64,000 bases of DNA from Alteromonas naphthalenivorans (GCA_047631715.1 JBLICC010000001.1:1-64000), one strand, 5' to 3'. Positions 9,520 through 19,444 are shown, counted from the first letter of the stretch. Notes: a model not told the origin generated them from the letters alone. A program made the numbers and translations.

Positions 9520-10377
9520 TTATTTATTTTCTTGTTCTGCCCGGATTTGTGCAGCTTGAGCACGTAATGTTTTTGCACGATCAAGATTATGTGGATGTGA
9601 TTGTGGAAGTAAATCGTTAAAACTTTTTAAAAAATATTTTATTTCGGTAGGTAGTTCTTGTTCGATTTCTTGTTTTTGAGCCTGGTTTTTTTTGTATGAA
9701 TTTTCGAAAAAATTAGCTCCTGCTTCTAAAATAGATGGATCCAAAGATGCTTCTCTGTCTGCTCTTGATTCTTGATAGCGCATAAGTTTAAAGTATGATT
9801 TTATTCCTACGGTAACTGTAGCAAGAGATGCTAATGTAGAAAGTATTTTTCCTCTACCACTTAATCTTACTGATCGCCATGTTAAAAAAGTACCAAGAGG
9901 AATTGTTGAAGATAATTGTGTGCGGTGAGACTCATCATTATTGGTAACATGTCTGCATTCATGACCTAATACAAAATCCTGTTCTTCTTGAGGATTTGTA
10001 GAATTTGGTTTAAAATTATCATCGAGTATTACTATGATATCATTGTTATAAGAGTTTACGGATACTGCTTTAAGTATTGTCGTTGAGTTATAGACTGGGT
10101 AGTTAACGTTAACACCTTTTTTTTTGCAGAAATCTTTAATCTTTTGTAGTTGGTCTGCTATTTCTGTATTTTGTGCTTGAATTATAGATTGTTCTTTAGC
10201 ATCGTTAACAAAGATTTTCTTTTTATAGTTTATACTTGTATAGACTCCAAGAGAACCAGCGACTCCCAAGGCAACAGATGGTGCTTTGATAAATCGCATA
10301 AATTTACCTGCAGCTGCATGGTTTTGAGTTATAACCAATAAACTTAACCCTAGAATTACTTTTAATAGTTTAGACAT
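9520..10377 (-). CDS. Secreted M48-like zinc metallopeptidase
   Basis: LGHECRH (HExxH), QESRADREA, SHP motifs; signal peptide; GGAG RBS before 10377. Confidence 0.75.
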   Translation of the reverse strand: MSKLLKVILGLSLLVITQNHAAAGKFMRFIKAPSVALGVAGSLGVYTSINYKKKIFVNDAKEQSIIQAQNTEIADQLQKIKDFCKKKGVNVNYPVYNSTTILKAVSVNSYNNDIIVILDDNFKPNSTNPQEEQDFVLGHECRHVTNNDESHRTQLSSTIPLGTFLTWRSVRLSGRGKILSTLASLATVTVGIKSYFKLMRYQESRADREASLDPSILEAGANFFENSYKKNQAQKQEIEQELPTEIKYFLKSFNDLLPQSHPHNLDRAKTLRAQAAQIRAEQENK

Positions 10378-10508
10378 TTTAATCTCCATTCTTCGTTTTT
10401 TTTAGCTTTCGCCATTTTTTAATTTAATATTCTATTTGAATATATATCAATATGAGATAATTGCAAGTGGTGGGTAGTATTAAAATGAGCTTAAATTATT
10501 ATTGATAG

Positions 10509-10661
10509 AATCGAGTCATCCTGCCATGCCCGTCGAAGCCTTCGCGTAGTCTGGAGTGGCGCGAACAAAGTGAGCGTTGTATCGAAGGATATAACTCGTT
10601 TTTGACTATACTTCGATACAATTTTTCGTTAACACTCAAAATCACTCAGTATGACTCGATT
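10509..10661. repeat. REP-like palindromic element, full copy with a nested insertion of about 30 nt
   Basis: AATCGAGTCATCCTG...GTATCGAAG...CTTCGATACA...CACTCAGTATGACTCGATT; extra CCATGCCCGTCGAAGCCTTCGCGTAGTCTGG inside the left arm. Confidence 0.75.
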
Positions 10662-10759
10662 TTAGGCTGCAAGGCTAGAAAGTGGGGGTTTTAAGTTAAA
10701 TATTTTTATATAATATGCTATTCTAGGAGCTTGTTTATGAATTTTTAGATGAGGGCACA

Positions 10760-11725
10760 ATGTCGTATTGGCAGACTAAGGTTAAAATTGGCAATTTAGA
10801 GTTCCCCCGGTTTATGGGTGGACCACTTGATGGAATAACAGATTCTCCTTTTAGAAAGCTTGTTCGTAAGTTTTCTAAGGATTCACTACTCTATGGTGAA
10901 ATGCGTCATATTGGCTGTGTGGCGAATGATAAAGGTGCCGCTAAGGCTCTTAAGTTCGAGCAGTCAGAACGGCCCCTTAATTATCAAGTTTCCGCTAATA
11001 AGCCCGAGTTTATTGATCGTGCCTGTGAGCGAATTTTAGAAGCTGGTGTTGATTGCATAGATTTAAACATTGGGTGTCCGGCAAAAAATGTAATTCGTTC
11101 TGGTTCAGGATCGTCACTTATGGCTGATTTGCCTCGTTTAGAAATGCTACTTAAAAGATTTAGAGAACGTATTCCGTTGCCATTTACGGTAAAAATTCGT
11201 GCAGGATTTAAGGAAGAAAATGCAATCGAAGTTGCAAAGCTTATTCAAGATTGTGGAGCCGATGCTATTGCTATTCATCCACGGCTACAAACACAACATT
11301 TTAATGGTATTCCAAAATACGAACTTGCTGGTCAGGTAAAAGATGCAGTTAAAATCCCAGTATTACTTTCTGGTGGTATTGTTAATTGGACGTTAGCAAA
11401 ACGTGCATATGAGCAAACCGGTGTTGACGGATTTTTAATTGGTCGTGGCATGTGGTCAAAGCCATGGAAGTTAAAAGAAATGGAAGAACATTCTTTGGGA
11501 CGACCATTTAAGATTGAAGACGAAATGATTCTAGAATGTGCAATCGAGCAGCTTGATCATATGATCGAACATTATGGTCCACTTGGTTTGCATGTGTTTA
11601 GAAAGCATTTGCCGTTTTATCTTAAGGGTAAAATGTCTGCTGCAAAGTTGCGCAAAGAGTTAGTTGTGTGCAATGATATAGAAAGAGTAAAAGAAGGATT
11701 GAGAGAATTTTTTAGAGCAGAGTAG
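10760..11725 (+). CDS. dusB: tRNA-dihydrouridine synthase (DusB-like)
   Basis: GITDSPFR, IDLNIGCPA, TVKIRAG, IHPR, LIGRG, FRKHL motifs. Confidence 0.88.
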   Translation: MSYWQTKVKIGNLEFPRFMGGPLDGITDSPFRKLVRKFSKDSLLYGEMRHIGCVANDKGAAKALKFEQSERPLNYQVSANKPEFIDRACERILEAGVDCIDLNIGCPAKNVIRSGSGSSLMADLPRLEMLLKRFRERIPLPFTVKIRAGFKEENAIEVAKLIQDCGADAIAIHPRLQTQHFNGIPKYELAGQVKDAVKIPVLLSGGIVNWTLAKRAYEQTGVDGFLIGRGMWSKPWKLKEMEEHSLGRPFKIEDEMILECAIEQLDHMIEHYGPLGLHVFRKHLPFYLKGKMSAAKLRKELVVCNDIERVKEGLREFFRAE

Positions 11726-12537
11726 TGAATCAAAAAATAAAAGAAAAAAGAGCAATATACCAGTATATTTTAATTGCAGTAGTATGTTTTTTTTTGGTAC
11801 ATCGTGCCTTTGTAAAAACGCCTGGCTACTTTGAGCAATGTCTTGCAGTAATCTCTTCTCCATTTATTAAACTATCTCATACTATCAGCCGACCATTTAT
11901 AGCAACCCGTTCTTTTTGGGTAGATAAAAACAAATTATTACATGATTTTGAACGTATACAAAAAGAAAACGAAATATTGTATCATGAGTTAATTGAGTTA
12001 GAAAGTTCAAAAATTTTTTTAGAAGATACTCATGATTTACGTAATTTTCAAAAGCGGTACGACACGCACGAGATGCTGCTTTCGCAAGTTATATTAAAAA
12101 AGTTTGGTGACCAGCATTTCTTTTTAATTGATGCGGGTAAACAAAAAAATGTGCAAAAAAATATGGCCGTTGTATATAAGAATTTTTTGGTAGGTAAAGT
12201 TACCCATGTCTATCCGTTTTATAGCAAGGTTGCATTAATTACCGATCCTGTGTGTCAGGTTGCATCGTATTGTGCAAAGACAAAAACAGTGGGTATTTAT
12301 CAGGGAATCAAAGATACTCAGTCTGGTTCTTTGTTGCATGTTGATCATCTAGCAAAACTAAAAATAGGTGATCGTGTGATTTCTAGTGGAGAAGGGTTAG
12401 TGTTTCCTGGCGGCTTTGGTATTGGAGAGATCCAAGAATTCAAAGATACCGGTGTGCACTATGATGTTAAAGTAAAACCACTTATTGATGTAACTCAACT
12501 TACTCATTGTTTTGTTGTGCAAAAAGATAAAGTATAA
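11725..12537 (+). CDS. mreC: Rod shape-determining protein MreC
   Basis: N-terminal TM, coiled coil, IDAGK..V, LVGKV, GDRVISSGEGLVFPGG. Confidence 0.88.
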   Translation: MNQKIKEKRAIYQYILIAVVCFFLVHRAFVKTPGYFEQCLAVISSPFIKLSHTISRPFIATRSFWVDKNKLLHDFERIQKENEILYHELIELESSKIFLEDTHDLRNFQKRYDTHEMLLSQVILKKFGDQHFFLIDAGKQKNVQKNMAVVYKNFLVGKVTHVYPFYSKVALITDPVCQVASYCAKTKTVGIYQGIKDTQSGSLLHVDHLAKLKIGDRVISSGEGLVFPGGFGIGEIQEFKDTGVHYDVKVKPLIDVTQLTHCFVVQKDKV

Positions 12538-12641
12538 GTATTACTTCTTTTTATTATTAAAAGCTTTTTAATTCTTGTATTTCTATAAAATAAATAATTA
12601 TACTCCAATTTTGATTTAATATTCTAATTCTAGGAATATGC

Positions 12642-12929
12642 ATGAAAATATATTGCAGTAAGTGTGATCGAACAATGAGCGTGTCAGAGTTGTTTGGCTA
12701 TGCTGGAGGTTGCTTTGTAAAGATTCTTGGAAAAAATGGAGCATTGCTTTTACTGGCTGCTTTAAAAGAGTATTTAACTCCCACACGATTTCTTGATTTT
12801 AAAAAAGTTGATGGTTTAGTGGGAATAGTAAATGCATGTCAAGTTGAATGTCCGCAATGTAAACAAGTAGGTAGTTGGAATTCTCAAAAAATAAATAGTG
12901 TAATTATTGAAAAAGAAGCAACTCTATAA
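12642..12929 (+). CDS. Hypothetical protein with two CxxC motifs
   Basis: YCSKC...ECPQC...W. Confidence 0.65.
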   Translation: MKIYCSKCDRTMSVSELFGYAGGCFVKILGKNGALLLLAALKEYLTPTRFLDFKKVDGLVGIVNACQVECPQCKQVGSWNSQKINSVIIEKEATL

Positions 12930-12945
12930 TTAAAACGGAGAGAAT

Positions 12946-13434
12946 ATGAAAAAAATAAGTGGTGTTTTATTTGTTATGTTATTTTCTACTTCTGTGTTGC
13001 AAGCAGAAAAGCCAGAATTAACTAGTACCGTTAATGTACTTACTGCTTTTAATTATATGCATCAGTTTTTTAAACTTATTCAAGAAATTGAAAAAGAAAG
13101 TGAAGTTGGCAATAGTAAGAACGATGAATCTAAGTCTCAAGAATTAACATGCGTTTCTTGCGAACACACCGTTTCGGCAAGTTACTTGTTGGGAGAATTG
13201 CTTGGTTTTTTAATTCAGTCGGTAGAAAATAAAGAAAAATTTGAAGAATTAGAACCGTATGCTAAAGAGCATATAAAGCTGCTAGAAGAACGTGATGAGG
13301 ATGGACTCTATGCATTAGCTTTACGTGCGGCTAATGACACTGAATATGTTTGTACTAAGTGCAATAAGACCAAGTGGAAGTTAGTTGAAGATATACAAAA
13401 TAAAGTTATTGTCTCAACAAGCAAAGCTTTGTAA
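12946..13434 (+). CDS. Hypothetical secreted protein with two CxxC motifs
   Basis: Signal peptide; TCVSC...VCTKC...W; GGAG RBS. Confidence 0.7.
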   Translation: MKKISGVLFVMLFSTSVLQAEKPELTSTVNVLTAFNYMHQFFKLIQEIEKESEVGNSKNDESKSQELTCVSCEHTVSASYLLGELLGFLIQSVENKEKFEELEPYAKEHIKLLEERDEDGLYALALRAANDTEYVCTKCNKTKWKLVEDIQNKVIVSTSKAL

Positions 13435-14281
13435 CTGAACTTTCAATGCCACCTTGGATAGTTTTTTTAATCATATCGGCCCAGCCAAGCCATTTATCGT
13501 CGTGTGGTTTAATCCAGTTAATCTCGCCTTCGATAGGTGCAACGGCATAAAGTTTCTCGAGCGCTATAGAATATGAGCCTAATTGATCGATTAATCCCAA
13601 CTTAAGTGCTTGTTGTCCGGTAAATATTTTTCCATCAGCCCATATCTCTTTTTGAGCAAAAGACAGTTTACGTGCAATGGCAACATCGTGTGCAAATTGT
13701 TCATACGTATTATTAGAAACGTTTTGGAGCATGGCATGTTGTTCGGGAGTAAGTGTTTCGAAGGGGTTCATCGCGCCTTTATATTTGCCCGAGGTAATAG
13801 TATACGGTTCGATATTGTATTGTTGGAGTAGTTTCTTAGTATCAAATAATGTAGTGAACCGGGCTCCAATAGAACCGATTAAACAGGCAGGGGATGCAAT
13901 AATAGAGTCTACTGCACAGGCAATATAATAGGCTCCAGAGGCACACATGTTTTCGGTGAGTACTATAATGGGTTTTGGATATTTTTTCTTTAAATATTGA
14001 ATTTCATTAAAAATGCTTTGGCAGCTACCGGGTGTGCCACCAGGACTTTCTATTTTAAGGAGCAATGCTTTAACCTCATGGTCCTTAAAGTAATCTTGTA
14101 GGTGTTTGATGTAGGGTTCAGAAGAATCGATCATGGAGTCGATAGTAATTGTGGCAACTTTGGTTTGTGGAGTTAAGAAAGCAAAGTACTGGTCTTTGAT
14201 TCCTACGATTAAGCTAGGGGTGATATTGAGGAGTACTAAGACTATAAATATGTTCTTAATACCGGTTATGAGTTGGCTCAT
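13406..14281 (-). CDS. sppA: Signal peptide peptidase SppA (S49)
   Basis: IESPGG, CASGAYYIA, GSIG, SGKYK, ADGKIFTGQQALKLGLIDQLG. Confidence 0.93.
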   Translation of the reverse strand: MSQLITGIKNIFIVLVLLNITPSLIVGIKDQYFAFLTPQTKVATITIDSMIDSSEPYIKHLQDYFKDHEVKALLLKIESPGGTPGSCQSIFNEIQYLKKKYPKPIIVLTENMCASGAYYIACAVDSIIASPACLIGSIGARFTTLFDTKKLLQQYNIEPYTITSGKYKGAMNPFETLTPEQHAMLQNVSNNTYEQFAHDVAIARKLSFAQKEIWADGKIFTGQQALKLGLIDQLGSYSIALEKLYAVAPIEGEINWIKPHDDKWLGWADMIKKTIQGGIESSVTKLCLLRQ

Positions 14282-14382
14282 TCTGAGCTCCTTTATTATA
14301 ATAAAACGATCTATACGGATATGAGGTTAGTATAGAATGGGGATAGATTGTGGTAAAGGGTAAAAGTTAAGCTAATTTAATT

Positions 14383-14411
14383 TTGACTTTCGTCATTCTT
14401 TCCTTTACAAT
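14383..14411 (+). promoter_or_regulatory. Sigma70 promoter of the tRNA cluster
   Basis: TTGACT-17 nt-TACAAT just upstream of tRNA-Val. Confidence 0.6.
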
Positions 14412-14426
14412 TTTGACTCATGTAAG

Positions 14427-14502
14427 GGGCGGTTAGCTCAGTTGGTAGAGCACCAGTCTTACAAACTGGGGGTCACTGGTTCGAGCCCAGTACCGCCCAC
14501 CA
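14427..14502 (+). tRNA. tRNA-Val(TAC)
   Basis: Cloverleaf GGGCGGT..ACCGCCC-A-CCA, anticodon arm CCAGT-CT-TAC-AA-ACTGG. Confidence 0.97.
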
Positions 14503-14520
14503 TATTGAAATAAAATTAGT

Positions 14521-14596
14521 TCCTCGGTAGCTCAGTTGGTAGAGCACACGACTGTTAATCGTTAGGTCGCAGGTTCGAGTCCTGCCCGGGGAGCCA
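14521..14596 (+). tRNA. tRNA-Asn(GTT)
   Basis: TCCTCGG..CCGGGGA-G-CCA, anticodon loop CT-GTT-AA, GGTTCGAGTCC T-arm. Confidence 0.97.
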
Positions 14597-14608
14597 CTTA
14601 CATTCCGA

Positions 14609-14646
14609 TCATTCTGAGTGATTCCGTTAGGAATTATATCAAAGAA
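14609..14646 (+). repeat. REP-like half element between tRNA-Asn and tRNA-Asp
   Basis: TCATTCTGAGTGATTCCGTTAGGAATTATATCAAAGAA; 34/38 match to the reverse complement of 20303..20340. Confidence 0.7.
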
Positions 14647-14668
14647 TGTTTCAAAAAAAATTGGTAAG

Positions 14669-14746
14669 GGGGCTGTAGCTCAGTTTGGTTAGAGCGTTCG
14701 CCTGTCACGCGAAAGGCCGCGAGTTCGAGTCTCGTCAGCCCCGCCA
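14669..14746 (+). tRNA. tRNA-Asp(GTC)
   Basis: GGGGCTG..CAGCCCC-G-CCA, anticodon arm TTCGC-CT-GTC-AC-GCGAA. Confidence 0.97.
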
Positions 14747-14844
14747 TTTTTTTTATTTCAATAATAACCCCTCCTACTTTACACTTTATGTCTTCCCAAG
14801 TACCCTATAGGTAGTATTATCCAATGCAATCTTAGGAGTTTTTT

Positions 14845-15297
14845 GTGATCTTTAAAAAATTAAATATTTTATTTTTATCGTTGATTCTTATGGGTTTTGC
14901 TCCTTCAAATGTGTCAGCCTCAGCTCTTTTTAAGGGCAAGCAAACTGTAATCGGTGCCGTTGCTACGGGAGTTTCGTGTTATATTTTTAACAAAACGTAT
15001 AAAAGTATGAATAAGAATCTCGAAGAAATGAGAGAAATAGCAAAGAGATTGGAACTGGAAGGCATTACGATAAAACGAATGCAAAAAGTTAAATATGTTT
15101 ATAATGGATACATAATCACAGAAACAATAAATTTTTCTGGATCACCAGAGGCTTTAAAAGCACATAAAAAAGAAACCGATACTTTTATAAGACTCGATAA
15201 CGAGACTGTAAATAAAAGTGGTGGATTTTTTGTTTCAATTTTAATGGGTTTACTTGGTATGGTTGCAGTTGCCGACGGGGTAGCTGAATTGCTTTAA
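14845..15297 (+). CDS. Hypothetical secreted/membrane protein
   Basis: GTG start after AGGAG; signal peptide; C-terminal hydrophobic helix. Confidence 0.7.
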   Translation: MIFKKLNILFLSLILMGFAPSNVSASALFKGKQTVIGAVATGVSCYIFNKTYKSMNKNLEEMREIAKRLELEGITIKRMQKVKYVYNGYIITETINFSGSPEALKAHKKETDTFIRLDNETVNKSGGFFVSILMGLLGMVAVADGVAELL

Positions 15298-15331
15298 TAG
15301 TAATGTTACTTTAGTTTTTTAGGGATGTATC

Positions 15332-16414
15332 ATGAATAAAAAGTTTCTTTCAATAGTATTAGCATGTTCTCTTGTTGTTTCTGGTGGATACTATCTTTAT
15401 ACTCCTCATGCTGTAGTTCAGCAGCAATCACAAACTGTTAAAACAATGTATGGTTCGGTTCAAGTTACAGAGCCAGTACTTCTAGAGTTACTGAATCACC
15501 AAGCTATGGATCGTTTAAAGCATATTAATCAGTATGGTGTAATGGCTTTTGTAAAACCTGAACAAATATATACTAGGCACGAGCATTCATTAGGAGTGTT
15601 TTATTTACTACGTACGTTTGGTGCGGATCTAGAAGAACAAGTAGCAGGGTTATTGCACGATATTTCTCATACAGCATTCTCTCATATTGCAGATTTTATA
15701 CATGATTCTATACATGCTAAATATTCGTATCAAGATGAAATTTTTAAATGGTATTTAGATAAGACAGGTCTATTAGTTATTCTTAAAAAACATAAGTTAG
15801 AACGGGTTGCCAATTTTGGTAGTGGTGTTGAGTATAAAATGCTCAAAGATGATTTGCCAAATTTGTGTGCTGATCGCCTAGAATATAACTTGTATGGCGG
15901 TTATGTAGAAGGTTGGTTAACTGAGCAAGAGATGCGCGATGTGGTCACTCATCTTAAGCATCAAGATAGGCAATGGGTTTTTACGAGTAAAGATGCTGCT
16001 CAAAAATTTGCAAAAGTTACTATCGATCTAAGTGTGCAAAATTGGTGTTCTGCAGAAAATGGTTTTATTTCTACGGTTATGGCCTCGATTCTAAAACGAG
16101 CGTTTACACTTAAGATTATTACACAAGATGATTTTCATTTTTCTACCGATAAGAAGGTATGGGATACTTTGCGATTGTCTGATGATACAGAGATCACGCA
16201 ATTGTTTGCACAGATAGATAAGCATAAAGAATCCTATACAGTAGGCACTGTGGAAAAACATGATCTGCATTTTAAAGGTAAGTTTAGAGGCGTTGATCCA
16301 TTGGTAGAAGTTGATGGCCAATTAGAACGTCTAACAGAGATTGATCCAGAGTTTGCTCAATACTTACAATCAGAAAAAAGTAAGTGTAAAGATTTTTACA
16401 TTTCGTATTGTTAG
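15332..16414 (+). CDS. HD-domain phosphohydrolase (dNTPase/SAMHD1-like superfamily) with N-terminal signal/anchor
   Basis: RLKHINQYG, TRHEHSLGV, AGLLHDISHTAFSH, ADRLEY motifs. Confidence 0.85.
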   Translation: MNKKFLSIVLACSLVVSGGYYLYTPHAVVQQQSQTVKTMYGSVQVTEPVLLELLNHQAMDRLKHINQYGVMAFVKPEQIYTRHEHSLGVFYLLRTFGADLEEQVAGLLHDISHTAFSHIADFIHDSIHAKYSYQDEIFKWYLDKTGLLVILKKHKLERVANFGSGVEYKMLKDDLPNLCADRLEYNLYGGYVEGWLTEQEMRDVVTHLKHQDRQWVFTSKDAAQKFAKVTIDLSVQNWCSAENGFISTVMASILKRAFTLKIITQDDFHFSTDKKVWDTLRLSDDTEITQLFAQIDKHKESYTVGTVEKHDLHFKGKFRGVDPLVEVDGQLERLTEIDPEFAQYLQSEKSKCKDFYISYC

Positions 16415-16432
16415 AGATATTGGGAACAGAGG

Positions 16433-17272
16433 ATGCAGTTTACGTTAATAAGTTGGAATGTTCTTGGCCACAATTATTTAACGCTACCTAATCATCAACA
16501 TATAGTGCAAAAGTATCCTCAGATAATCGATTGGCCACGTCGATGTGCATTGTTGTGCAAAGAGCTACTTATACATAATCCTGATGTTATTTGCTTGCAA
16601 GAAGTAAACGAGGTTATGAAGAATGATCTCGAAAGCATGCTATTAGAGCAAGGTTTTGCGGTAAGTGCGTATCAATCAAAAGGAAATGGCGGCGTGTTGG
16701 TTCTTCATAAAACAGAAAAGCTTGATGTGCTAAAGAACGGGCATACACTTTTAGCAACCAATTCGAGTGCCAAGAAGGGTGGTTGTGCATGGGCCGTGTT
16801 GCAATGTAAACAATCACAAAAACAGTTTTTAGTCAGTTCTGTGCATTTACATTGGCAACACTCAATACAGCAAATAGTGCTTTTAAAAAATATCTGGAAA
16901 GAGCCTGTTTCGGTACCAATGTTACTTGTTGGTGACTTTAATATTGCTTACAAAACAATGCTTAATAAAATTGTTCCCGAAGTTAATCAATTAAACATTC
17001 TAGAAAAGCCGCATGCATTTTCTTTGTTTAAACACCAGTCATGGACGTTCTGCGAATCATTGGGATGGCGATCAGCAGACCATCTTTTGTATTCTGATAG
17101 TATAAGTCTTGATAAAGAACAAAGTTTTATTGGTGATGCACAGCATTCGTATAAAAGTGATTTAGTTCTTAAAGCAGAAGATATTATTGCTGATACAAGC
17201 AAAAAGAATCTTCCAACAGACCAGTATTCATCAGACCATTTACCTATGATTATAACCTTAAAAATTTTATAA
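16433..17272 (+). CDS. Endonuclease/exonuclease/phosphatase (EEP; CCR4/nocturnin-like)
   Basis: SWNVL, DVICLQEV, SVHL, GDFN, DHLLY, SDHLP motifs. Confidence 0.9.
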   Translation: MQFTLISWNVLGHNYLTLPNHQHIVQKYPQIIDWPRRCALLCKELLIHNPDVICLQEVNEVMKNDLESMLLEQGFAVSAYQSKGNGGVLVLHKTEKLDVLKNGHTLLATNSSAKKGGCAWAVLQCKQSQKQFLVSSVHLHWQHSIQQIVLLKNIWKEPVSVPMLLVGDFNIAYKTMLNKIVPEVNQLNILEKPHAFSLFKHQSWTFCESLGWRSADHLLYSDSISLDKEQSFIGDAQHSYKSDLVLKAEDIIADTSKKNLPTDQYSSDHLPMIITLKIL

Positions 17273-17360
17273 AACACTATCCTATTGCTGTTTATAGAGA
17301 TTTTGATATCCTGGTAGATGTATATTAGTATATCTATTTTCTTTATTAGGGGTTGTTTCT

Positions 17361-18242
17361 ATGAATTTTAAAAAAATAAGCTTATTTGTATTGTTATCTT
17401 TGTCTGTTCAATCAGTTTCTTCTTTGAATGTGAAGTTTAATCTTCCAGGTCCAGCTTTTGATGTTCCCAATGCTTCACCTACTGTTGCAGGTGCAATGGG
17501 AGTGTTTTTAATTAATAATATTGGATATCAATGTGCGGTTACGGCGCAATATCTGTATTTTTCTCGAGAAGCAAGATTGCAAGAAAGTAATCCGACAATT
17601 AATCATGATGTTATTAAAGCATTAAAGAAAATGTGTTTTGATAAAAAAGGCGTTAAGATTGATCGTGTTTATTATGGTCCACAGTCTCCAACGGTAGGAA
17701 TTCGAGGGGGTGCAGCAGTTGTGAAAAGTCCATTCGGGAATTTGTTAATTCTTGGTTCTGGGTATGGTGCAAGTAAGAATGAAAAAGATATTCTGCCAAT
17801 AACTCCAGAGCAAGTTGAATTTGTTATGGGGCATGAGTGTAATCATGTTTTGACTAATGATGTAAATAAAAGATTTTTACTTGATTCAGCTATCTCAACA
17901 GGGATAGTTATGTCCAATTCAGTTTATAATCAAGAGATGGCTATGGCATTTAGTCTTTATAAGATGTTCGGTTATTCACGATTTATTCGTAACCAAGAAT
18001 TTGAGTGTGATTATTCTTCATCTAATGATCCTAAAGTTATACAAGCTGGTATTGATCTTTGGCAAGGTTTGGCAGATAAAGAACAATACTTAGATATTTT
18101 TACTCGTATAAATACAAAAATTCAACATGCAATTTTTTCAACGCATCCTTCTTTTTCAAAACGTTTAGATTATTTAAAACTACGTTTAAAAGAACTTGAA
18201 CAAAAATCAACAAAAGAAACTCAAGCTGTTCCAGCGGCATAA
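17361..18242 (+). CDS. Secreted M48-like metallopeptidase
   Basis: MGHECNH, QEFECD, STHPSFSKRL; signal peptide. Confidence 0.78.
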   Translation: MNFKKISLFVLLSLSVQSVSSLNVKFNLPGPAFDVPNASPTVAGAMGVFLINNIGYQCAVTAQYLYFSREARLQESNPTINHDVIKALKKMCFDKKGVKIDRVYYGPQSPTVGIRGGAAVVKSPFGNLLILGSGYGASKNEKDILPITPEQVEFVMGHECNHVLTNDVNKRFLLDSAISTGIVMSNSVYNQEMAMAFSLYKMFGYSRFIRNQEFECDYSSSNDPKVIQAGIDLWQGLADKEQYLDIFTRINTKIQHAIFSTHPSFSKRLDYLKLRLKELEQKSTKETQAVPAA

Positions 18243-18426
18243 CTTTCTTTTATAGATAGTATATAAATTTAGGCTCAGCAGATTAATTTTGTTGGGTCTA
18301 TTTTTTTGTTTAAGTTAGTTAATGTTAAAGCATCAATAGATTCGTTAATTGAGTGTTTTGGGCAGATCTGGTATTTTAATAATTTATTATTAATCTATTA
18401 ACTTTTTCTTTTTGGGAGCTCTTTTC

Positions 18427-19272
18427 GTGAATTTTAAGAAAATAAGTTTGTTTGTGCTAGTTGTTTTATCTATTCAAAATAGTATAACAGCTGCTGATAG
18501 GGCTTTTAATCCGAGATACTCATTGCCTAGAAATATTGATAATAGAGCGTTGAGACCATCTAATACAGTAGGCGAAACTGTTATAGGGGCTGTTGCGTTA
18601 TTTGGTGGTGTTTATGTTTTAAATAGAATTAGCAGAGGTATTCCTTACTTATATTATATGCGAGAAGCTTCTATTCAAGAGTGTAATCCTTCAATGAATC
18701 ATAATGTTATCAATGAGTTAAAAAATAAATGTTTAGAAAAAGGTGTAATCGTTGATCATATATATTATGATCCTGAATTTTTTTCTATACGTGGCGATGC
18801 AGAAATTATGGAAACCCCTTTGGGCGTATTGTTGTTTTTAGGTGCTGGTTATGGTGCTAGTAGCAACGAAAAAGATATTCTTTTGTTATCTCCAGAACGC
18901 GTTGAATTTATTATAGGAAGAGAATGTAGTCGTGTTCTCTATAATCATTCTCAAAAAAGAGATGCTTTGAATAGTGCTTTAGCCGCATCTGGTTTAGGGA
19001 TATTGAGTATTCTAGTAAGTCCTAAATTAGATCGTGTTCAAAAGTATAATGCTGATTATTATGCTTCTACAGATGCTCAAGTAATAGCAAGTGGCGCAGA
19101 GCATTTTGAAGCAACGTACAGTAGAGAGCAATATAAAGATATTATTCAAAGATGTATGAAATATATTAAGGATTCATTGTTCTTTATTGACTATTCTCCT
19201 TCTGCTAAAAATCGTTATCTAGAGCTTAAGATGCGAGCTCAAGAGTTAAAGAGAAACAAGCAGGTTTTGTAA
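18427..19272 (+). CDS. Secreted M48-like paralog, catalytically degenerate
   Basis: Clear similarity to 17361..18242 (GYGAS.NEKDIL..PE.VEF) but GHECNH is replaced by GRECSR; GTG start after GGAG. Confidence 0.7.
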   Translation: MNFKKISLFVLVVLSIQNSITAADRAFNPRYSLPRNIDNRALRPSNTVGETVIGAVALFGGVYVLNRISRGIPYLYYMREASIQECNPSMNHNVINELKNKCLEKGVIVDHIYYDPEFFSIRGDAEIMETPLGVLLFLGAGYGASSNEKDILLLSPERVEFIIGRECSRVLYNHSQKRDALNSALAASGLGILSILVSPKLDRVQKYNADYYASTDAQVIASGAEHFEATYSREQYKDIIQRCMKYIKDSLFFIDYSPSAKNRYLELKMRAQELKRNKQVL

Positions 19273-19274
19273 TA

Positions 19275-19326
19275 ATAAAAAGTAAGCAAAAAAAAAGACT
19301 CAGATTAAATCCGAGTCTTTTTTTTT
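19275..19326 (+). terminator. Intrinsic terminator, copy 1 of a 52-bp exact repeat
   Basis: A9-GACTCAGAT-TAA-ATCCGAGTC-T9 hairpin; identical to 20242..20293. Confidence 0.8.
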
Positions 19327-19444
19327 GCTTATTCGAGCTTATTTAAGATTAAATTGTTTATAGCGCTACCAGTTGGGTGTTTTGGGTAGGTGTGGTAGTA
19401 TGGATACAGTAATTTTAAAGAATATTTATTATTGAGGAATATAT

